From Promethearchaeia archaeon (GTDB lineage: Archaea; Asgardarchaeota; Lokiarchaeia; Sigyniarchaeales; SOKP01), in the NCBI GenBank assembly GCA_029856045.1, contig JAHQWG010000035.1, positions 1 through 64,000 on the forward strand: a stretch of 64,000 nt of DNA. The letters run 5' to 3'. A program made the position numbers and the translations under genes. Under the pieces are notes generated by a model. The model worked only from the letters and a program-made list of their open reading frames with translations, was not told the DNA's origin and searched no databases. Positions 57,596-64,000 of this stretch are shown here, piece by piece (the first letter of the stretch is position 1; each line of letters opens with the position of its first letter).

Positions 57596-58903
57596 TTATT
57601 TTATCCAAGGGTCTGGCAATTTTAATCCCTCCAATGCATTATCCTCAAATATCTGCTTAGCTACATGCATCAACGACTTCTCAATGCCAGCAATATTATG
57701 ATTTGTTGCGACTAACAGATTCAATTTCTTACAAATCCCATCTGCATCAGACCATATATGATATAACAACAATCCTCGAGGCGCTTCTGTAATTGCAATT
57801 CCTTCTGCTTCTCTTGGTTCAATATCTAATGTTTTACAATCCGGGTTGCATATGTCAGAATCACCAAGTAAACTCCCAACTATTTCTATTGCCTCTACTG
57901 TTTCAATTAATCGAGCCCAATGATATGCAAACGTATGATGAATAAGATCAGTTCCAATTTTAGCTCTCATAGCTTTTAATGCCTCATCCGCTAGTGGAGT
58001 AGCCATTTTATCAACACAATTAATCCTTGCTAAACAATTAGCACGATATATTCCATCTGGATAACCAGCGGGCTTATAATACATATGAGTTGCATATGAA
58101 TGAGCTGGAACATGTTCTCCTAAGGCATCTAAATAGTTATGAACATCATAATCTATTTTTTTACCTTCTAAATCAACTATACGAATATCTCCTTCGTAAA
58201 TATCATGAACTCCATTATTTGTCATCCCAAGATAATAAGTTGGAACGACCCCGACATTTGCTATTACATCCCAATAATCTTCTACTACTTTTAATCCAAT
58301 CTCTACAGTCTTTTTTGTAAATTCAACTTGTTCTGGAATTTGTTTAAGAAACTTTTGTCGAACATCCTCATCCATCGGTTTTTTCATACCTCCGACGATT
58401 GCTGAAATAGGATGTACAGATTTTCCACCAATCTCGGCACATAATTTCTGTCCGAAATCCATCATCTTTAAAGCCATTGCCCCAACATCAGGCATCTTAT
58501 TAATGACATAAACTATATTTCTTAATGCTGGATCTGCAAATGGACCAACTAAAAAGTCAGGTGCAGCTAATGCATAGAAATGCAATAAATGCGAGGAATA
58601 TTGTTTTGCATTTATCAATAATTTTCTCAATTTTAATGCTGGTGTTGGAATTTGAACATTCCATGCATCCTCAACAGCCTTAGTTGGAGTTAAATGATGA
58701 GGTATTGGACAAATACCACAAATTCTAGTAGTTATTCTGGGTACATGCTCACAATATCGCCCTTCACAAAACTTTTCAAAAAATCTAGTTGATGTGACAT
58801 TAAATTGAGCATCTTTAACTTTTCCATCATCTCCAATAACGATCCTGAGTCCTCCGTGTCCCTCAAGCCGAGTTATTGGTTCTACTATTATTTCTTTTAC
58901 CAT
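57596..58903 (-). CDS. vhuA: F420-non-reducing [NiFe(Se)] hydrogenase large subunit lacking the C-terminal L2 motif
   Basis: PITRLEGHG, RICGICP, EAPRG, VATNHN; ends ...PDPWIK with no DPCxxC. Confidence 0.93.
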   Translation of the reverse strand: MVKEIIVEPITRLEGHGGLRIVIGDDGKVKDAQFNVTSTRFFEKFCEGRYCEHVPRITTRICGICPIPHHLTPTKAVEDAWNVQIPTPALKLRKLLINAKQYSSHLLHFYALAAPDFLVGPFADPALRNIVYVINKMPDVGAMALKMMDFGQKLCAEIGGKSVHPISAIVGGMKKPMDEDVRQKFLKQIPEQVEFTKKTVEIGLKVVEDYWDVIANVGVVPTYYLGMTNNGVHDIYEGDIRIVDLEGKKIDYDVHNYLDALGEHVPAHSYATHMYYKPAGYPDGIYRANCLARINCVDKMATPLADEALKAMRAKIGTDLIHHTFAYHWARLIETVEAIEIVGSLLGDSDICNPDCKTLDIEPREAEGIAITEAPRGLLLYHIWSDADGICKKLNLLVATNHNIAGIEKSLMHVAKQIFEDNALEGLKLPDPWIK

Positions 58904-58906
58904 TTA

Positions 58907-60223
58907 TTATTCACCTAAATTAAAATCTCGATTTGATGCTAATGTAAATTTATTAAATGTTCCGATTGGGTCCTTTACTTGTATAAAAAATTCTTCCTTA
59001 CTTAATTCTACATTGAAACTCTCTTTAATAGTTTTATAAAATCTTGTAGCTTGATCAATTACCCATTCTGTTTGTCCATAGCATCCTGTGCAAGGTGCAT
59101 TTACTTTGATACATAAACCTCCACAACCAGCTTTAGTTATTGGACCAACACATATATAACCTTGCTCTATAAAGCAATCTTCTTGATTTGGAATCCCCTC
59201 ATAATCTCTTTTTACTTTTGTCATTGTTCCTTTTCCTATTATTCTAGGACATGTTTGACAAACATTTGAGATCTCATGGAATTCGGGATGCATTGCTAAG
59301 AATCCGAGTAAATTCGTTGCGATTTCAGTGGTAATTGAAGGAATAGTTGCTAATGGTGTATCTGGTTTTCCTCTTTTTTTAATTTGCATCATAATATCAC
59401 CTGAGAGGTCAAATCCAGCCATTAATGGTACATTTAAGAATAAGGATAAAAACTCGAATAAATTCTTTTTATTACCAGAGCTGATATAATCAAGAGATTT
59501 TGTCATATCTAGTAGTTTTTGCGCTTTATCTGAAGCGTTTTTTGCTGGACCCATACATCCAACGCAAGGATCACCTTTATTTGTACATTTTAAAGAACAG
59601 CCTATACTAGTAACTGGTCCATAACATAAGACTCCATTATCCAATAAACAACCACTCTCTTTTAATACACAATCCTCACAAAAGGACTTCTCATTCATTG
59701 GAAAACCTTTTTGTCCTAATAAGAATTGAACAACTCCAACTATTTGCTCTGTTCTTGGTGGACAACCTGCAAGAAATGCATCTACTTTGATAACATCATC
59801 AACATTTACGACTTTATCTTCAAAACCAGGAACGTGTTGATCAGGAATTCGTTTAGTAGTTGCTGACTCAACCTCCATAAATTTTCTCATTTGAACTTCA
59901 TCTATGGGCCATTGGTTTGCCAATCCAGGAACATTACCATAACAAGCACAACTTCCAAAAGCAATAATTATTTTTGATTTTTTTCTTATCAATTTTGTGT
60001 TTGCCAAATCTTCTTTGGTCCTTATCATTCCTTCAATAAAGCCAACAACAATTTCTTCATCTTCTCTCGCAACTAAGGAATCATGTTTAAAATCTACAAC
60101 AGCAGGCCAATATACAATATCTAATGCTGGGAGTACTTGAAGTAAACCTAGATGTGCGTTTAATAGGCTCTGGTGACAACCCCAGCACGAACTTAATTGC
60201 ATAAAAGCTACTTTTACTGTCAT
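58907..60223 (-). CDS. vhuG: F420-non-reducing hydrogenase small subunit with a duplicated FeS C-terminal domain
   Basis: CWGC, GSCACYG, GCPP, then two C-x-x-C...CxGP...GC...C...PC-x-GC modules. Confidence 0.9.
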   Translation of the reverse strand: MTVKVAFMQLSSCWGCHQSLLNAHLGLLQVLPALDIVYWPAVVDFKHDSLVAREDEEIVVGFIEGMIRTKEDLANTKLIRKKSKIIIAFGSCACYGNVPGLANQWPIDEVQMRKFMEVESATTKRIPDQHVPGFEDKVVNVDDVIKVDAFLAGCPPRTEQIVGVVQFLLGQKGFPMNEKSFCEDCVLKESGCLLDNGVLCYGPVTSIGCSLKCTNKGDPCVGCMGPAKNASDKAQKLLDMTKSLDYISSGNKKNLFEFLSLFLNVPLMAGFDLSGDIMMQIKKRGKPDTPLATIPSITTEIATNLLGFLAMHPEFHEISNVCQTCPRIIGKGTMTKVKRDYEGIPNQEDCFIEQGYICVGPITKAGCGGLCIKVNAPCTGCYGQTEWVIDQATRFYKTIKESFNVELSKEEFFIQVKDPIGTFNKFTLASNRDFNLGE

Positions 60224-60427
60224 TTTTCATCTACTTTTTATATATAGTTTAATTTTATTTTTAATTGTAGATGATTTTATCTATATATAATCTAATATAA
60301 GATTCACGATTATATTGTATTTATGTATATATATTCATAACTTTATTTTAGATATTTAATAAATTCGATTAATAATCTTTAATCTTTAGATTAAATCTTG
60401 TGAAAAGAAGAGGATTTATTTTGAAAA

Positions 60428-61396
60428 TTATAAATTTAATAGAACTATTTTTGCTAAAAGAGCATTTAATTGAATAATTTCAGTTCCTCCCTGGCTTAGT
60501 CTATATTCAATTTCCGCTAAAATCTTTATAATTTCTATCTTCTGCTCTTCAGATATTTTTAAGTTATAGACTTCTCGGTGCATTTGTCTAATCAGATTAC
60601 TTCCAGATAATCCATATTCTCTAATTAATTTATCTAAAGTTAATTTTGAAAGTTGCAATTCCCCTTTTATTGAATAATTTAATATTTTTTTAATTTCTTC
60701 AGAGGGTACTTCTCCAGCTATTCTTAATATGATATCTTCATTAATATCATCAGATAAAGTGCTGCTTGATTGCAGGTAATTTATAGCCCTTCTTAAATCG
60801 CCTATACTTACTTTTATAAGCGCGTTTAAACCGCTTTCGTCAATTTTAATATTTTCTTTAACTACAATAGATTTTAATCTTTCCTTGATATCATTATCAG
60901 ACAATTTTGAAAATCTAAATACAACTGCTCTTGATTGGATAGGGAGGATTATTTTATTTGAGTAATTACAAATCAGAATCATTCGACAATTTCTTGTATA
61001 TTTCTCCATAGTTCTTCTCAATGCCTGTTGAGCTGGTGCAGTCATATTATCCGCTTCATCTAGAATTAGAATTTTAAAAGGGATGTCTAGTGGAGGTTTA
61101 GCTTTCGCAAAATCCTTAATTATTGTTCTAATTACATTAATACCTCTTTCATCACTTGCGTTCAGCTCTAAAAATGTAATATTAGGAGTCATTTTTCTGC
61201 CATATATTTCTCTAACCATTACTAAAGCACATGTAGTTTTACCCGTTCCGGCAGGTCCAGCAAATATTAAATGTGGCATTGCCTTATCTTTAATGAATTG
61301 TTTAAGACGTGAAATGATTTCTGATTGATTTACAACATCGGCCAATTTCATAGGTCTATATTGTTCCACCCAAGGTTTTCGTAATTTTTCAGTCAT
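60428..61396 (-). CDS. rfcS: Replication factor C small subunit
   Basis: PWVEQYRP, GPAGTGKT, ELNASDERG, DEAD, QSR, GDLR. Confidence 0.97.
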   Translation of the reverse strand: MTEKLRKPWVEQYRPMKLADVVNQSEIISRLKQFIKDKAMPHLIFAGPAGTGKTTCALVMVREIYGRKMTPNITFLELNASDERGINVIRTIIKDFAKAKPPLDIPFKILILDEADNMTAPAQQALRRTMEKYTRNCRMILICNYSNKIILPIQSRAVVFRFSKLSDNDIKERLKSIVVKENIKIDESGLNALIKVSIGDLRRAINYLQSSSTLSDDINEDIILRIAGEVPSEEIKKILNYSIKGELQLSKLTLDKLIREYGLSGSNLIRQMHREVYNLKISEEQKIEIIKILAEIEYRLSQGGTEIIQLNALLAKIVLLNL

Positions 61397-61520
61397 AATA
61401 GGTCAGATAAATAACTTAGAAAAATTAAATAATAATTATTAAAAATATTAGTTTCGTAGGTTATATTTAATAAATCTTTAAAATTAATATAAAATTTTTT
61501 AATAACAATAAAAAAAAAAT

Positions 61521-62840
61521 TTGAAAGAGAAAAAGATGCCAGAATTTACTATAACAAAAATAAAATCACGCTGGATTTTAGACAGTAGGGGAAACCCAAC
61601 AGTAGAAACAGAAATCTATAGCGGTGATGTTTTTTCTCGTGCTGCAGTTCCATCAGGAGCGTCAACGGGCTCTTCAGAGGCGTTGGAATTAAGAGATGGT
61701 GGTAATGCTTTCTTAGGAAAGGGAGTAAAAACCGCGGTTGCAAATGTTAATGACATTTTAGGGAAAAAAATGATTGGATTTGATGTTAGAGAGCAGAAAA
61801 AAATTGACGAAGAAATGATTAGACTGGATGGAACAGAAAATAAAAGCAAGTTAGGAGCTAATGCAATCTTATCTGTATCTTTAGCAACTGCCAAATTAGC
61901 AGCAACTTTACAAAAAATTCCATTATTCGCACATTTGTATCAAATGAGTCACAATAAATCAACTAATTCTTACTTAATGCCTATTCCTTGTTCTAACATT
62001 ATTAATGGTGGAAAACACGCAGGAAATGCATTGGCAATCCAAGAATTTATGATTTTACCAATCGGTGCGAAAACTTTTGATGAAAGCATACAGTTTTTAG
62101 TTGAAACTTACCACACTATGAAAGACCTTTTAATGAAGGAATATGGAAAAAATTCAATTAATGTGGGGGATGAGGGCGGGTTTGCTCCATCAATGCAAAA
62201 AACAACCGAAGCTTTAGATATTATTGTAGAAGCGATAAATCGAAGTGGATTCACACCTGGAATTGATTTTGTATTAGGGCTTGATGCGGCAGCAAGTGAA
62301 TTTTATAAGGATGGTGCATATCATATTGATGGGAAAGTTTTAGATCCAAATGAAATGATTCAATATTATATTAATCTTGTTGAAGATTATCCAATAAAAT
62401 TGATTGAGGACCCATTTGATGAGAATGCTTTTGATTCTTTTAGGAAATTAACGAAAAATGTTAATGATAACGTGATAATTGTTGATGACGACATAACAGT
62501 AACAAATGTTAAAATCTTAGAGAAAGCCATCGGTATGGAAGCAGGAAGTGCGCTTTTATTAAAAGTTAATCAGATAGGAACACTAACAGAGGCAATTAAC
62601 GCCGCAAAAATGGCTTTTGATAATAATTTCAATGTTGTAGTTTCCCATCGCTCTGGAGAAACTGAAGATACATTCATTGCAGATTTATCTGTAGGTTTAT
62701 GTACTGGCTTGATAAAAACAGGTGCTCCATGTAGAACAGATAGAAATGCTAAATATAATCAACTATTAAGGATTGAAGGAAATAATCCAGATAAAGTAAC
62801 ATATCCAAACTCATTTAATGATTGGAAAAACTTCCAATAA
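61521..62840 (+). CDS. eno: Enolase
   Basis: DSRGNPTVE, PSGASTG, GDEGG, LLKVNQIG, SHRSGETED; likely start is the ATG at 61536. Confidence 0.98.
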   Translation: MKEKKMPEFTITKIKSRWILDSRGNPTVETEIYSGDVFSRAAVPSGASTGSSEALELRDGGNAFLGKGVKTAVANVNDILGKKMIGFDVREQKKIDEEMIRLDGTENKSKLGANAILSVSLATAKLAATLQKIPLFAHLYQMSHNKSTNSYLMPIPCSNIINGGKHAGNALAIQEFMILPIGAKTFDESIQFLVETYHTMKDLLMKEYGKNSINVGDEGGFAPSMQKTTEALDIIVEAINRSGFTPGIDFVLGLDAAASEFYKDGAYHIDGKVLDPNEMIQYYINLVEDYPIKLIEDPFDENAFDSFRKLTKNVNDNVIIVDDDITVTNVKILEKAIGMEAGSALLLKVNQIGTLTEAINAAKMAFDNNFNVVVSHRSGETEDTFIADLSVGLCTGLIKTGAPCRTDRNAKYNQLLRIEGNNPDKVTYPNSFNDWKNFQ

Positions 62841-63485
62841 TTATTTTGTTTTTATTAATCGATATAAATCAACCAAGATATTTTTTCTTTTTTTAGTGTG
62901 AAATTGAAAAGTTTTCTCTAATATCAAATTTAATGAGAAAATATCATCAACCACCCAATTTCTTTTTTCTATATATGACGTTAGAAATTCTCGAGTGTTT
63001 TTATTTGACAGATGAACCGAATAAATAATATCTGAAATGGTTAAGGCAGTATCTAAAAATAATCTATCTGCCTTTCTCGTTTGAACTCCAAATGGAGGAT
63101 TCATAATAGTTGTGATATTGGCGCTCCCTCGAAAAAGATCATCCCTAAAAGGTAAATGGTTAATATCTGATGCAATTGGATGATTAAGATGATATAGATC
63201 TAATTTATCACAATTATTCTTTAATATAATTAGCGCTAAGGGGTCTATATCAATATTTAATACTAATAACGCTTTAAGATAGGTAGCGGCAATCGATAAC
63301 CTTCCAGTACCAGCTCCTAAATCAAGAACTATCTTGTTTTCAATATCATTATGTTCAAATCCGGCATAGAACATTATATCCACTGCAGAAATTGCATTGA
63401 TACAATATTGTTCTAAAGATAAATTAGGATTAGTAAAATGTTTTGTTTTCTGAATAATGGTAACTAATTCTTTTTTTCTCATCAA
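62841..63485 (-). CDS. METTL5-family N6-adenine methyltransferase
   Basis: LEQY, DLGAGTG, MNPPFG. Confidence 0.9.
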   Translation of the reverse strand: MMRKKELVTIIQKTKHFTNPNLSLEQYCINAISAVDIMFYAGFEHNDIENKIVLDLGAGTGRLSIAATYLKALLVLNIDIDPLALIILKNNCDKLDLYHLNHPIASDINHLPFRDDLFRGSANITTIMNPPFGVQTRKADRLFLDTALTISDIIYSVHLSNKNTREFLTSYIEKRNWVVDDIFSLNLILEKTFQFHTKKRKNILVDLYRLIKTK

Positions 63486-63617
63486 AAATCCAGATAATAT
63501 TTTCTTCCCTTATAAAAAATATTGGAAACCATTATTTATTATAGATCATTTTTAATTGTAATATTAAGAGAGTGTTACTAAGAAAATTAATGAAATAATT
63601 AAAAAAAATTGATTTGA

Positions 63618-64000
63618 ATGACAAATAATACTAAAAACGGGGAATATGCTTCTATTGGGCAGAGATTGGGTGTAGTTGAAGAATATTTACCTGATAAGAA
63701 TTCTACTTATGCAGACAAAGGGGTAATTTATGCGACTAGATCAGGAGCAATACATATTGATTCCCACAAAAAGAAGATCTCTGTTAAAGAACCTGACGAA
63801 AGTAAGAGACAAAAAATGAAAATCGGTGATATTGTTATTGGAATAATAAATTTTGTGAGAAAGTATTCTGTAGGTGTAAAGATATATATAATTAATAATA
63901 ATGTTAAGTTTTTTTCGGGAAATCTAGGAAATGTTCATGTATCTCAAATATCAAGAAATTATGTTGAAAAAATAGAGGATGCTTTTCAAAAAACAGATAT
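63618..64000 (+). CDS. csl4: Exosome subunit Csl4, 5' part
   Basis: Manual translation gives MTNNTKNGEYASIGQRLGVVEEYLP...IYATRSG...KIGDIVIG...NVHVSQISRNYVEKIEDAF, running off the window end. Confidence 0.88.
   Translation, partial: MTNNTKNGEYASIGQRLGVVEEYLPDKNSTYADKGVIYATRSGAIHIDSHKKKISVKEPDESKRQKMKIGDIVIGIINFVRKYSVGVKIYIINNNVKFFSGNLGNVHVSQISRNYVEKIEDAFQKTD

Noticed and set aside
57596-58903. Hydrogenase large subunit as a truncated pseudogene
   Set aside because: The missing ligands are encoded by the adjacent vhuU ORF, which is the known split architecture.

Overview
AT-rich archaeal chromosomal segment. Gene content points to an Asgard archaeon of Lokiarchaeia type: roadblock, longin, V4R/Bet3-like and small-GTPase proteins, a eukaryote-like STT3, and a divergent EF-2. 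About 55 CDS are present. They include a pterin/H4MPT-type biosynthesis trio, the rpoE'-spt4-DPCK-eS24-eS31-kae1-bud32 superoperon, TFB, Taw1, EF-2, CCA enzyme, aIF5B, uvrBA, AglB, truA, thrH/thrC, a vhuG-vhuA-vhuU-hdrC-hdrB operon, rfcS, enolase, METTL5 and partial Csl4. The ORF track misses several elements. The main one is a 49-aa selenoprotein VhuU (57384-57533, minus strand, in-frame UGA in the motif DCULSCAAH) that supplies the Ni ligands missing from the truncated hydrogenase large subunit; it is accompanied by two candidate recoding RNA structures. Also missed are a histidine-kinase remnant, a 50-aa MobB-C-like protein and two partial genes at the window ends. The region from about 9 to 25 kb is rich in eukaryote-signature-like architectures: an MFS-longin fusion, a small GTPase with a VASP-FAB-like tail, and a pseudo-GTPase fused to an alpha-solenoid. 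No rRNA, tRNA, CRISPR array or mobile element was recognised. All family calls come from motif recognition by eye, not from database searches.
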